Positions 28,101 through 40,300 of a stretch of DNA of 49,808 nucleotides are shown one piece after another (within the stretch, counting starts at the first letter, position 1; each line of letters starts with the position of its first letter). A model generated the notes under the pieces. That model was not told where the DNA came from. It searched no databases and worked only from the letters and a program-made list of their open reading frames with translations. The DNA lies in NCBI GenBank assembly GCA_004212095.1, contig RXIJ01000032.1, positions 1-49,808 on the forward strand. The letters run 5' to 3'. The DNA is from Methanosarcinales archaeon. GTDB taxonomy: Archaea; Halobacteriota; Methanosarcinia; Methanosarcinales; EX4572-44. A program made the translations under genes and the position numbers.

Positions 28101-31100
28101 AACAAGATCGAATTTGAAGGGGCTGAATTTAGAACCTCAGCGCATGCAAACATTTTTTGTGTAGATTGTCACACGCCACGCCAGGTATTTAAAGATATTA
28201 TTGTCAACAGAGAATCCTATACGTATAACTTTAGCATAGTATCCAACGTTACATGTCTAAACGCCACACTTGATTGGAATGGAAGCAGCACACTTGATAT
28301 GACCCTGTATGCACCTGATACAAACTATACAGGAACAAGGATAAACATCAGTTCACCACAACAGGGAAATTGGACTGCTATTGTACGTGATGTGAGTGGA
28401 GATGCAGAGTTTACCTTAACAATCGATGTGGACATGAAACATGGTGAAAAATGCAAGGCAAAAATTTGTGAAGAGTGCCACATCAGTGGTTTTGCTGATG
28501 CGCCGATTGTTTACGAACACATTCCTAATAAAAGCAGTGTGCCAACCAATGCTTCATGTGCATTATGTCATGCCCAGGGTGCACATCAGGCCACAACAAT
28601 TGAAATCTCAGCATCCCATTACCTTAAGAAAGAACCTATCGAGACAAGAGACTGCATCAGATGTCATACCGGTATTGTTGATGGCTGGGGAAATGCACCT
28701 GATCCAGGAGACCACGCGCACTACACAACAATTAACAAAACACTGGTAGCAAACCAGAAATGGAAGCTCGTTGACAACTATTCACTTACACTGATCGAAA
28801 CAACACGCGATGCTGCAATATTTAAATTTGAAAAAGATGAAGAGATGCTGCGTGAAGAATTAGTAGTAAAGGGTGATGTATTTAAATACGAAGTTCGCGG
28901 CATTGCACCAGGGAAGACAACCATTGTCAATCTTACGGTAAATAGGTTATTCACAGCAAAAGATCATTATGTTGCAGAGTTGTCAGGAACCATACTTGCA
29001 TCACGCATCCACCGTGAAACCGAAAACAAGGCTTGCTGGGAGTGCCATGACAGCCAATATCGTGCAAACGCGCAAGAAGGCACTGATTACTACGTTCTTA
29101 AAAAGGATATTGAAAACGTAACGCTTGCAAGGATGCCTGTTAACCTCACAGACAATGAAACCATCATGCTTGATATCGGAGAGTCTTTGAACCTTACATG
29201 CGGATACATCCTCTATGTTGCGGATGTAAACACCAAACGAGGTGGTGCAAAGCTTCAATTATACAAGAACGAAACACTGGTCGATGATGTGATAATAAAT
29301 GAAGGATGCTACTTTACATACGAAGAACGGTTGCTTGATCGAAAGATCGATGTTATCAGAGTAAAACTTGACCGTGTTTTTATCGGAGCAACTCCTTCTA
29401 TCATACTAAGTGACATTCGGGTTATTGCAGGGAAACAGAAAACATTGAGTGCAACAAAACAGGTACTGCAATCCGGAATGCCTCTGAAATACCTGCCTCT
29501 TGATAGTTACATAACAGTTGGAGAGAAACCTGGAACATTCCATGTGTACACACTCACACCAGGTGGATACAGTTCTGACTGCATTAGCTGCCATTCCGGA
29601 GATGGAGTTGCACCGGTTAAAATTGATATTGATCTATTCAAACGCGGTGTGCATGCTGGTTTGAAAAAAGATGCAGACTATTCTAGTTTCATCACCGATG
29701 ATGCAAACAAAGCATGCTGGGCATGTCATGGCAATGGCAGCAGTGGTGAACCGGTTAGACATCCGACACCATACTTTGGTAATTGCACGCCGCAAACCTG
29801 TATCCATTGTCATGGACACACAAAGTTTGGGGCAAAGCAGGTTCACACACACTATCAGGGTGCTGAAATCTCAACCACTTCCGCATGCTGGGATTGTCAT
29901 TCAAATATGTTACTGGAAGACAAGCACACACAAGCTTCAGCGTCTCATTATTCAACACGAGAAGACCTGTTAAACACATCAGATTGCAGTGTGTGCCACA
30001 ACAACGAAACCAATGCACCGGAGTGGGGTAGTGCCCCACAGGTTATAAAACACAATTCAAACAATACCTGTACACGCTGCCATGCCGGTGAAGGATTAAC
30101 TAATTTCCATGAGCGCGGCATAACCATAACACGGGAGTGTAAAGACTGCCATGTGAACAAAGAACGTTGTGATCAGCTCAATCTTACAGTCATCCGCACT
30201 CATTATCCAGGTGCACCAGAAGATAGTGCAGACACCATGAAAAATTATAACTACACGTGTGAGATGTGTCACAATGCGACAAATACCACGCTGCATGAAT
30301 CCCTTGAAGTCGTGCGCGGTAATCAGACAATGGGTTACTGCTTCCAGTGCCACAGCATCGAAGGAGAGTTTTCACACAAACCAGAAGCCCAGATAAAAGT
30401 ATTCAGGCATGGGTGCGGGATAAAAGTAAAATCCGGTTGCGAAGTTTGCCATGATCCAAAAGGCGTGAGTATATTCCATGCACCAAGCATGGTCGGTAAA
30501 ACAGGCATTGTTGGTGCAAGAAACTTTGCACTCGACTGCATTGAATGCCATAAAGAACACGAGGGAAGGGAATATCAACCATTTGAAGGCATCAGGTGCA
30601 TCGACTGCCATACCGAATATGGGGCATCCCATTACTCGACTGCAGAGATAGAGATTGTAAACAGAACCGAAACATGTGAGCTGTGCCATAACCCGGAAGC
30701 GGATTTTTATCACAATCTTACGCACATCGAAGCCAATGTCAGTAAGGAAGCATTAAGACCGTGTTATGTCTGTCACGGCGAAGAAGTTGATCTTTTCAAT
30801 GAAACACAACAAAAAGCAGTAGGCATCACCCGTGGAACTATGGCAACGATAGGCAACGTCTCAGACAAGCCGCTTAGAACCTGCAGCTCCTGTCACAATG
30901 CCACCGGTGAAAGCAGATTCCATTTTGACACATATTCACGTGGTACTGTGCAGAACCCTGACTGGAAGGACTGGACCCCCGGAAATATAACAGGATGCAA
31001 GGACTGTCACACATACCACGGCGGATACTCACCATTCAATGCAACAAATATGGGAACGGAAGGAAGATCCCCCAGGGGCACAGCACACGGTTTTGCACCA

Positions 31101-31583
31101 AACTGTACGATCTGTCATGGTGGTAATAACCCTATCAGCTTCCACAGTCTTGCAGCAACTGAATTCCTGCCACGCGTGGTTGTAACGCTTGAACCGGATA
31201 CAGTTCCTATAGGGGAGGTTAGCATTCTCAGAGTTACCGTAGTGCTTCCGCCATTGATGAAGATCACTCGTGCAGAGTACTTCATTGACATACCTGGAAT
31301 CAAAGGTAAAGGAAAGCACCTGAAATATATAATAGGAGAAAACGGTGAATCATCGGCAGTCGTTGGTGATACGATAAATACTTCTATGATGTCTTATGGA
31401 GATCATTTTATTTTCGTGCAGGTAAAGGATTCTGCGGGACACTGGAGCAAAACAGGTATCGGAATGTTTAAAGTAGTAAAGCCGAGGAAACTTGTGATAA
31501 CAGAATTTATAATAAAAATTTGTATACCTGCTACAATAATCATATTTGGTTTGTTGTATTTTATCTGGAGAAGGTTTAGATGA
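25152..31583 (+). CDS. Giant multiheme cytochrome c (2143 aa; 35 CxxCH + CX3CH + CX4CH by eye) with S-layer-like domains and C-terminal membrane anchor
   Basis: Signal peptide, N-terminal beta-sandwich (GWWIDDI), PPC-like inserts, S-layer-like segment (YILYVADVN...KLQLYKNETLVDD), C-terminal TM + WRRFR. Confidence 0.93.
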   Translation: MKNACTGRTLLLIIGFLVLVSSTCTVIVRAETYTVTLGYGQTPYQLGYLSNGDTTGWNWWDTENGMQQKNLVLVSIMENTAPVSGLSPQSWIRDSTTKKSGGYSWNAEKDTHSWHYIDNYDTTGAPWQDIDLTGYPKTTSLSTKIFNWLKRLFIGAETSSDQTINLTFWNQYRMIDSRGFVKVSEDMGATWDTLAEYSGNNSGWVEESINLTQYSGQKIFVAFHFSSNNNNGGWWIDDITVEASDGNIIFSNGAETRAPKLTATIYYPHYDYAGDRFSTKSETIEISENYIHQLYYGTFTYPDDAYAGRYTIDFSTTIGSEDLSASTSFNTTLWGCQARGCHDSWSPQSDLSVRNPVTAMHPDNITSNVNGNCLTMCHSTYASQFLRATPIHLHDIKYGHEGGFIYGESGWVTIFNNSNTNVQLHRKTSVGRQIPQPKSTVPSHVTDADCTQCHTSFIHSQSGADTYDIAVPHSLNGSYLGRSGVHYNVSCEACHGIYYKSEGHGLIYPPFDGVTTLNDTIGDYEPEFMSYEAITKTYIIDVDSGTINVTVDGDDPLYEIFLTLIGPVDDVNGLQDLNTGDKWHGTYTVPSVNGTAIFAEGSKICYPIGDKLYTTSFNAVPKNGTWIAKIFSSSHGIFNYTITSNHPIQSKPVIHIPWNCSECHNPGASGDLSGAKTSRPIPLWDNRGLSYTHADTNDDGMDDVTCRLCHDSFHDISIRNCTDCHTQRPGGHAMADYYEMGYTGCMLCHNDPHVEPEAAAGGNCTDCHLEGGANATSGIPIVNKTGFFGSIHRNITGQFSQTNYTHISRVCWGCHVNYTQQLIDSSHTKRVTDLPACEDCHDTATPLNSEYLNQTPLQVREHQPNGEDIQTGSNCTICHNKSLTIAPPTENVKYPRAKNYISHYGRQRTDMWVVENNQVITHCSYCHTGGGREFYCVFVDPSNADITHGTNCTSCHGSGRIHDKSLEVPIMSKDNEACLVCHSNKIEFEGAEFRTSAHANIFCVDCHTPRQVFKDIIVNRESYTYNFSIVSNVTCLNATLDWNGSSTLDMTLYAPDTNYTGTRINISSPQQGNWTAIVRDVSGDAEFTLTIDVDMKHGEKCKAKICEECHISGFADAPIVYEHIPNKSSVPTNASCALCHAQGAHQATTIEISASHYLKKEPIETRDCIRCHTGIVDGWGNAPDPGDHAHYTTINKTLVANQKWKLVDNYSLTLIETTRDAAIFKFEKDEEMLREELVVKGDVFKYEVRGIAPGKTTIVNLTVNRLFTAKDHYVAELSGTILASRIHRETENKACWECHDSQYRANAQEGTDYYVLKKDIENVTLARMPVNLTDNETIMLDIGESLNLTCGYILYVADVNTKRGGAKLQLYKNETLVDDVIINEGCYFTYEERLLDRKIDVIRVKLDRVFIGATPSIILSDIRVIAGKQKTLSATKQVLQSGMPLKYLPLDSYITVGEKPGTFHVYTLTPGGYSSDCISCHSGDGVAPVKIDIDLFKRGVHAGLKKDADYSSFITDDANKACWACHGNGSSGEPVRHPTPYFGNCTPQTCIHCHGHTKFGAKQVHTHYQGAEISTTSACWDCHSNMLLEDKHTQASASHYSTREDLLNTSDCSVCHNNETNAPEWGSAPQVIKHNSNNTCTRCHAGEGLTNFHERGITITRECKDCHVNKERCDQLNLTVIRTHYPGAPEDSADTMKNYNYTCEMCHNATNTTLHESLEVVRGNQTMGYCFQCHSIEGEFSHKPEAQIKVFRHGCGIKVKSGCEVCHDPKGVSIFHAPSMVGKTGIVGARNFALDCIECHKEHEGREYQPFEGIRCIDCHTEYGASHYSTAEIEIVNRTETCELCHNPEADFYHNLTHIEANVSKEALRPCYVCHGEEVDLFNETQQKAVGITRGTMATIGNVSDKPLRTCSSCHNATGESRFHFDTYSRGTVQNPDWKDWTPGNITGCKDCHTYHGGYSPFNATNMGTEGRSPRGTAHGFAPNCTICHGGNNPISFHSLAATEFLPRVVVTLEPDTVPIGEVSILRVTVVLPPLMKITRAEYFIDIPGIKGKGKHLKYIIGENGESSAVVGDTINTSMMSYGDHFIFVQVKDSAGHWSKTGIGMFKVVKPRKLVITEFIIKICIPATIIIFGLLYFIWRRFR

Positions 31584-33439
31584 ATATTGGTGGAGCGCTT
31601 CTATACACCAGTTTCATATTCACAGTTCTTGCTGTTATATTTTTAATTATCAAACAGGTAAAAATTGGTCTCTGGTCTGCTGGAATAGCAGCCGTCTCCA
31701 TTACCGCATCTGTGTTAGCATTGTCTTATGCATTCGTTTCACTTGATTTTAGCACATATTATGTCTGGATGTTTGGTAGTGACGTGCTTACGATTGGTTA
31801 CAGACTCGCAGCTATGCTGGTGGGGCAAGATGGAACATATCTTGTATGGGCATGGCTTTCTATTTTGATCACATTTATCAATCTCAAGCGACATAGACAA
31901 AATACAAACCAGTACGATAGCATTTATGCACTTGCTGCATGCAGTTTTTTACTGCTTCTAACAATTATAATGAATCCATTCAGATCTGTACTTATTGGTG
32001 AAGGTGCATCAATACCAGCTATCGGAAACAGCATCAACCCGGCACTTGTGGACATACTGATGCCAATTCATATTTTCACAGCGTTTGCAGCATACGCCTT
32101 TGCACTGGTCCCGGCAGCAGTTTCAATAGCATATCTTACAACAGGCAAAAAACATCGCATTAAAGACTATCTTCGATTATCCTGGTTATTTTTAAGTATC
32201 AGCATTATTTTAGGAGGAATATGGGCAAACAGGCTTCTTGGGTGGACAGGCTTTTGGCAGTGGGATCCAATCCAATCAGTAACACTTGCAACATGGCTAC
32301 TCATAACAGCAGCACTGCATGCGGAAATCAGGTTTAATGTCGGTGAGTACCGCAGACTCTTTCCGCTTCTTTGCATATACAGTTTCATAGGCTGTATATG
32401 TATTACTTTCGTAGCACGAAGTGGCATATATAATTCAATTCACACATTTTTAGAAACACCAACATTTTTAGTGCTTCTTATTTTTATTCTTATTATAATA
32501 ATTATATCAGCATTATTCGCTTTACTATTTAGTGAAAAAATCGCCATAAAATCATCACCTTTGAGTTCGGCCTTTGCCCCATACAACACCTTTTATTTCA
32601 CAATTCTACTGTTAATAGTTCTTGCCTTTATAGCGTTCTGGGGACCAAACATCTGTTTGGTTCTTCAATATATGGGATACAGGACTGTTGTATCTACTGA
32701 ATTTTATAATGGCATGTTATATATTCCAACTATTCTTTTGGCATATCTTACAGGTATCTGTATGTTGTATGGAAAAGTGAAAAATAAAATAATTGCCTAT
32801 GTAACTGCTATATTTCTTATCATAAATACCATACTTGTATTTGCGACACAATATAGCCCTGTGATACTTATTCTTCCAGCATTTTTTTTTATTACAAGCA
32901 ATACTCTGTTCAGGATAGTTCATGATACCAGGATAAAAAACAGAACAGTATTTATACATAGAGCCGGGGTCGGTATTATCCATCTTGGATTTGGTTTTGC
33001 ACTGCTCGGAGCTGTAGTCAGTATGTCTCTATCAACAGTTGATAACTTCAGTTTTGCTTTGAACGAAGAAAATGTTTACAAAGAAAATGCAGATGTTTGT
33101 GTGAAACTACTCGACTTTAAAGTTAACAAAGTTGGGTCTAACTGGATTCAAACCGCAAACATCGAACTAACTGAAGGCGACAGAACAAACAACCTGACTG
33201 CAACATTTATGAAACACCGCCAGTTTGGATTTGTCAGCAGACCTGCTGTAAAGTATAGCTTGTTATCAGCCACCATAGTTGACCTGAAAGGAATGCCTCC
33301 GTGTCGACTCGAAACAGGACACGTTGACCTGGTAGTTAACCGGTATCCACTTTTAAATGTATTATGGGCAGGATGTACTTTGCTGCTTGCAGGAGTTATC
33401 CTCACACTTCTATCCAGATTCATGCGCAGAAGACGATGA
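31580..33439 (+). CDS. ccmF: Cytochrome c biogenesis heme lyase, CcmF/CcsA family
   Basis: GQDGTYLVW, NPF, LGGIWA...GWTGFWQWDP (WWD domain), TAALH, RSG..NSIHTF, IIHLG. Confidence 0.9.
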   Translation: MNIGGALLYTSFIFTVLAVIFLIIKQVKIGLWSAGIAAVSITASVLALSYAFVSLDFSTYYVWMFGSDVLTIGYRLAAMLVGQDGTYLVWAWLSILITFINLKRHRQNTNQYDSIYALAACSFLLLLTIIMNPFRSVLIGEGASIPAIGNSINPALVDILMPIHIFTAFAAYAFALVPAAVSIAYLTTGKKHRIKDYLRLSWLFLSISIILGGIWANRLLGWTGFWQWDPIQSVTLATWLLITAALHAEIRFNVGEYRRLFPLLCIYSFIGCICITFVARSGIYNSIHTFLETPTFLVLLIFILIIIIISALFALLFSEKIAIKSSPLSSAFAPYNTFYFTILLLIVLAFIAFWGPNICLVLQYMGYRTVVSTEFYNGMLYIPTILLAYLTGICMLYGKVKNKIIAYVTAIFLIINTILVFATQYSPVILILPAFFFITSNTLFRIVHDTRIKNRTVFIHRAGVGIIHLGFGFALLGAVVSMSLSTVDNFSFALNEENVYKENADVCVKLLDFKVNKVGSNWIQTANIELTEGDRTNNLTATFMKHRQFGFVSRPAVKYSLLSATIVDLKGMPPCRLETGHVDLVVNRYPLLNVLWAGCTLLLAGVILTLLSRFMRRRR

Positions 33440-33445
33440 TTGGTT

Positions 33446-33985
33446 TTATTGGACTTTGAGATGCCACCTTTTTTTAAATACCATAATAATATGGCATACA
33501 TCCTCATCAGCAATGAGTGATGCAGTAACACTCATATCAGTCATAAAAGATAATGCTCCTTCAAATAATCCATTGATATTTTTGCAATGCATGTTTCTCA
33601 TAGATCTGCCCCAGCCTCTATGCATTTTTTTTATCATGCATTCGTTAAGCTGCAATTTTGCTGTGTATTTCTTTTCCGTGTCTTTTCGATCTATAACTTC
33701 TATAGAATAACAATGTTTGACGTGCTCAATAAATTCTTCGATAGCAGTTTTTGGGTGTTTCCCTGTTCCAAGTTTTTTGCCGATGTGCTTACCCCTGTTT
33801 TTGCCGATATCATACAGCAATTCTTCTGTAACCTCAACACCATTTGCTTCTTCAAGTACTTCAATCACTCCACTAAGTAATTCAATCACTTCTTCTACAG
33901 GTTTCAAGTAGCCATTTTCAACAGCATGCTCGAGGTTTGAATGCGTATTATTCTGCTGAATATCAAAAGAGTTATGTTCTAACAA
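33446..33985 (-). CDS. V4R / methanogen-output-domain-like small ligand-binding protein
   Basis: LYDIGKNRG, ECMIK, HC...GLFEGAL, VCHI: three spaced Cys as in V4R-type folds. Confidence 0.65.
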   Translation of the reverse strand: MLEHNSFDIQQNNTHSNLEHAVENGYLKPVEEVIELLSGVIEVLEEANGVEVTEELLYDIGKNRGKHIGKKLGTGKHPKTAIEEFIEHVKHCYSIEVIDRKDTEKKYTAKLQLNECMIKKMHRGWGRSMRNMHCKNINGLFEGALSFMTDMSVTASLIADEDVCHIIMVFKKRWHLKVQ

Positions 33986-34375
33986 TTTTCATCACCCAAA
34001 ATTATTACATTCTATTTTGATTAATATTTTTTATATGTTATAAGGATTTTGGCGTACTCCCGCCTATGAATTGCTTGGAATCATTGTGCAGAGTTAAAAT
34101 GAAATACCATTAAATAGTTGTAACATGTACAATCTCTTACCTTTATTCAAAGGAGAACACCAGACGAGACAAAACGGTCTTATGAATTTACAAATGAAGT
34201 CAAACAATTCGTGCTGGAAAAACTCACAATTCATAATAATAATAAGAATACAATGAAATACGTTTTGAATGATTGAACGATTGTGTTTATGAGCTATAAG
34301 TTCAGGTAACGGAGAATAGATAATAATAAATCATAACACAGCATAGAGTAAATTTCCAACACTGATGAAACAATC

Positions 34376-37300
34376 ATGATGTTCCGACACCAGATAACCG
34401 GGTTACTGCAGGATGGTATAATACGTAAGATACACTTTATGAGCTGTGCTTCTATCCTTTTTCTCTCTGCCTGTATACTCATAATCTTCTGCGGGCTTGC
34501 CGGAGCTGCTGACTACGACGAAATCAGCGTCACCACTGCAAATGATGAAGCTTGGAGCACGAATCTTAGCAACAGCGTGAGCAATGTGGCCGGGAATATT
34601 ATTGTGAACGATGGCGCGGTGCTCTTGATTGGGAATGCGACGATACGGATGGCTAGCACATATTCTAACAAGTATTCTATCATAGTGTGTGACAAAGGCA
34701 CGCTTAACGTGAATGGTTCAACGATCACGCGAAACAACTACTACTACGGCTGGCGATATGAAAGCGGAAGCCATGGCAATGTTGCGAACAGTACGGTTGA
34801 GTTCTGTATTTATAATAATGGTTTTAAGATAGAAACGAATGAGGCTGTTCCTCTTTTCAATGTCACGTTTGATCATGGGGATGTAGGCTATTCATCGGAT
34901 TGTTATGGCATCTACATGAACTCAGCAAGCAATGCGAGTATCAGGAACTGCACGATAAAGACATCATCGGGACAGAGTTACTCGAATCGCAGATACACTT
35001 ACGGCATCTACATCAAGAACTCTGACTGCTGCAATCTAACAGGAAACACAGTCACAGACAGCGGAGACGATGGCATCTTTGTGCAGAACGGAGACAACGC
35101 AACTCTGCTCATCAACAACCTGTCCGGAAACAGGGAGGGGATTCGTCTTGATTCCTGTCCAAACAGCAACCTTAGCAGCAACATAGTTGTAGACAGCAGC
35201 AAACATGGAATAAACATCACGTCCTCTCAGAACTGCATTCTCAGATCCAATGTCATCATCAATTGTTCTAACTACTACCACCTCTATGTCACAGGAAACT
35301 ATGATCAAGACATCGACACCACTAACACTGTGAATGGGGGGCGGGTGTACTACAATTGCATAGATAGTAATGTTACGATCACTGATTCGAACATCGGGCA
35401 TGTCACAATCGTTGATTGCAGCGATGTGTGGTTTACTGGCTGCACGATACATAACGGAGACGGCATCCGGATCATCGGGTCTTCATCGAATGTGAGCATC
35501 AGGAACAGCACGATTGAGAACAACACTATGTACGGCATCAATCTCGAATCGACAAGTTGGAATAACATAACATCCGTAATCATTGAAAATAATACAAAGC
35601 AGGGGGTTTATCTTGCTGGTTCGAGCAACAACATCATAAACGACAGCGATATTCTGAATAACAACAATTATGGAGTTCATTCCGAAGGATCGAGCAGTTA
35701 CAATAATATTAATCACAACAATATCACAAACAATACCCAAGGAGGTATCTGTTTGGACGGGGCTGGGCATGACGACGTCACATATAATAATGTGTTAGAG
35801 AACCGTGGCGATGGCGGCATCTGCATAGGTACACATCATTATAGCTCCCTAAGCACGCAAAATACTCTTGCCAACAACACTATACTATCGAACAACAAAA
35901 CAGGTATTGGGGTATATACAAATTATAATTATTTGAGTAACAACACCATATCATCACTCAGCGGACAGTACGCACTGAAAGTCTCTTATGCCATGAATTC
36001 TTTTTATAATTACATCTGGCGAAACAACACAGCAAACGGCGAACAAATAAACTACTATTACGATGAGCACGACAAGATCACCGAACTGGATGATAACATC
36101 ATCGAAAATAAGTACCTCTCTGCATCCAATGTGAGCAATGTCGGAAAGATCACGCTCATCAATTGCACCAACCTCATCGTGAGAGACTGTGAATTTTCGA
36201 ATTCCAGTAATTATGGCATCTTTTTACGGAATTCTGACAACAATAACCTGACAAACAACACCATATCAAATAACTACAATGGCATCTGGCTGTACGGTTC
36301 ATCTGAGAACAACATCATTGATCTCAATACGATAAGTCCAAGCAACCGGTATGGAGCGTATTTCGAAGAAGATTCGGATTACAACAACATAAAAGACAGC
36401 AGTTTCGCAGCCATGACATTCAATGGAATGTACATATCCTCAGATCACACCACAATTACCAGCACAACGATCTCATCCGTGGATGAGTATGGACTATACA
36501 CCAAAAAAGCACATTACACTAATCTCACAAACATAACGATCACCTCAATATCATCACACGGCGTATATTTAGATACGTCCAACTATATCACTATAACAGA
36601 TTCAAACGTCACCGCAAACAACAAGGGCGTGAACTGTTTCAAATCAGATCACGCCGAGATCGCGAATACCACGATCAGAGGCGAAGACGGTATTTATATG
36701 TCAAAATCCAACTGGGGAAACCTCACGAATAACGCAATCGATGCAACACTGAGGGGAATATTCCTTAACACATCGAAGGATCAAAACTTAATAGAAAACA
36801 ACATCACAAACTACACGATTACAGGCGTCCTGCTTGAGGAGTACTCAACGAACACAACGATCATCGGTAACGATTTTCAGCGCAATTCCTCAGAGTTCGA
36901 CATCACCCTAAATGACTCAAACGGTTGTGTGATCGCACCGAACAACACAGTCACTGCGAATTACACTTTTTACCTTACAAACGACACCAGACTCGCAACA
37001 CTCGATACGGTATTCAACAAGACGAAGGTCTGCTACGAGGATACTTCAAATCTGACACTGATGTGGAGAATCGATGTACTCTGCTGGGACAACTACCACA
37101 AGGAAGCGATAATGTCCAATCTCACGGTGCAGTATAGCGATCTTAGCGATGCCAATGGATTACTGTGCTGGGAGGGGGAAATATCAGCGGGGGCAGCAGT
37201 TGAGGGTCAGCAGAACGGTCGGCTGAGCGGTAACCCATTTGATTACTGGGGACCGCCCACATCAGGTGATAACTGGCTTCCGATCATCGAGTACAAAGAG

Positions 37301-40300
37301 AACGTGACAGGGAAGACTACATACCAGTCGATGAACTGCACCGCAATTAGCAAGTGGGACGTGCTGTATGGTAAGACCAGGACATATCGGAATGTCACGA
37401 CCACGATCACAGAACCGGGAGTTACAATTCTCATAGACACCGGTTACACGCCAAACGGCAAGTGTTACTACTGCCATGTGGATAAATACGTGTTTACAAA
37501 CACGTCGCACTGGACGGAGTATGAAGAGACTGTCCTGGAGGGGGATGAGTACACCCCTGGGCGGTGCGTTGACTGTCACAATGAGAACGATTCCATTGAT
37601 ATTCCGCACGGAAACGAGAGCGGAAAGGATCTGTTGTACACTCAAAGCCCACAGTTATGCTACACCGGCAGAACTGGTGGTCTTAACTGCCACGGCGCGA
37701 ATGCAACACAGACGCGGCTTGTTCAGGAGACAGAGTTCAACCGGACGACCCATCACCCGCTCGGGGACGGAAAACTATCATGCAAGGCATGCCATGACAA
37801 TCATGGAACTGAGTATCGGTATGATCTGTTGAAGTATTATACAAATGGTACCAATCCGGACACTGGTTCATTGGAGCAGGGATATGACTCGAGTTATTAT
37901 GCGCTCTGCTTCGTGTGTCATCTCGAGGAAAAACTTGTGGCAAAGATGTCAGGCGAGACCGGTCATCTTGCAAACTACATGAACCAGACGAACTTTCGGG
38001 ATGAGTATTATGTCACATGGGGTTTCAGTTCCGGAGGTACTGGTGGATCTACAAAATTCAAGAACATCCATTCTCCGCAGGAGGAAGCAGGTTTATGGGA
38101 CACCACGCACCCAGAGTATAACTGCTATTCTTGTCATAACCCACATGGCAGCGATAATCCGGCAACGACGCGTTTTATAGCAAATGGGGGACCCTTAAAT
38201 TACACCTACATCACCAATGTCTCGCCTCCGGATAACATATTATGGGAAGTATTGAATTATGCGAACTGGAATAATACAACCTTAAACAAAGGCGGTGGAC
38301 TTTATCTGTCAGGGCCTGGGGCTGGTTGCGGTTGCCACCCCCCAGACTGGGCATCCCTTAAGACTAATTATTTCACCTACCGCACATACATCAACTACAC
38401 CCCTGCTGGCGGTGCGGGCTGCCTCGAGTGCCACGACAACAATGCTTCCGCGTACAACACCGACCCGATCCGTCCGATCGTGAACCTGACCGCGGTAAAA
38501 CTTGCGACACACACCAATCTAAGCGGTGCGTTCAGAACAGGTAGCATTCTTCAGGGAACTGACAAAAATTTCACTGAATGGCTCGAATATCGCGAGTACA
38601 CCATTCCACAGATCGCGAATATTACCGAAGACAATGCAATCTGTTGGACATGCCACTGCACCAATGGAACACCACCAAGTCCGTATTTCCATCCCGATCG
38701 AGCACTGAATCCGTACAAATGTGCAAAGTGCCATGGACCTTACTATGGTCAGCCGCCGCACACGCAGGGGCTTGTTGCAGCGGTCGATAACCATGGTCCG
38801 ACCACGAAGGGCGCGGAATCGATCCTTATCCAGACCAATGTCAGAATTGGCGGTTCATGTGACGACTGCCATGCGTCAAGCAAACTGCCAGATAATATGA
38901 TAGATACTTCCGATCCAAACGATGATCTCGAGGTCTGGAAATGGGGATCCGGAGAAGATGGTTATGGTGACGACAACCATTGGCGCCCTTATCAAGGCAG
39001 ATCAACGATGGGCGACGTCTCGCACTACGGACTGAACAAAACACAGGGGCTTGCACTTGAAATTGATAACCCGCTATTCGACACCTCTGACTGTCTCGTC
39101 TGCCATTGCAATTCCACAAACGGAACGATCTGGGGAAACGCCACAAACATCAGCGGGAATATGTACGGCGCTGATACCACTAACGTCTCTGAGTGTTACA
39201 CCTACTGTCATGTCAGACCTGATTGGGTCAGTAGTGTCAACGAGAGCACACTTACACACTTCCACAACAAATCGATATACGCAGGCGGCGGTCCGAACTG
39301 TGTCTTATGCCATGATGTGACTAGTATTTATGGTGTGCAGTCGCTCGTAAATTCCACTGCGATAGCAGAGGGCATTCACGGAAACGTGCTCAACAACACA
39401 CTCGTTCAGGAAAGCTACAGGATGGATAACAGGTCAAACCCGTGCTGGGGCTGTCACCAGAGCGATGGCAAGATCCCTAAAGGTATGGGTGACCGGAACG
39501 GAGCCACAGACGTAGATGGCAACGGAATCATAACAGTTGAGGAACTGCCCTACACCTGCGAGGACTGTCATGCACGAAGCGAGGCATGGAGCGGTGCAAC
39601 GAGCGATGGACATACGTGGGAGAGTGCAAGCGATCCCGCTCTCGGTCTGAGCAGGCTGCCCCCTGAGATTACTGCCCATTATCCGAACTCAACACATGTC
39701 AGGACGACCCATCACAGCGACAATGGCAGGTGCGTTGACTGCCATAACAACAGCTTTAATTCCGATAACAATGATACCGCTTACAAGGAACTTGGACACA
39801 CGATTTTCTCAGGTGTCTCACACTACGGTACCTCTAAAGATCTCCTCACCCCAACCAAGATGTGTCGATACTGCCACGATAACACAACAAGTGCAAGAGC
39901 CAACGCAACACTCTATGGCAATGCAACCGCAAACAAGCACGGCAACTTCACAGACGAAGCAAATCCGGATGACGGCTGTTACCGCTGCCACACACAAAAC
40001 GAGACACCTATTGACTTCCACAACATGAACGCAGGGGGTATCCCTGGGGATCCTGACTGCCTCAAGTGTCATAGCACCAACGGGACTTCGGAAAGACGCA
40101 GGATTGATGAGATTGCATATATGGGTGCGATCCACGCCGGGATGAACAATGCGAGTGTCGATGGCGACATCAACAAGTCGTGCTGGGTCTGTCATTTCCC
40201 GGAAGGTGTTGGCATGGATGAGCACAGCAACCGGCGAGAGCCTGCCTACCACTGTTACGACTGCCACAACAAAGACAACACCACAGTATTCGGCAATGTG

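Noticed and set aside
33990..34375. Long intergenic region before the 2473-aa cytochrome as a possible small gene or ncRNA
   Set aside because: Only short AT-rich ORFs and no clear structure; most simply divergent promoter DNA.
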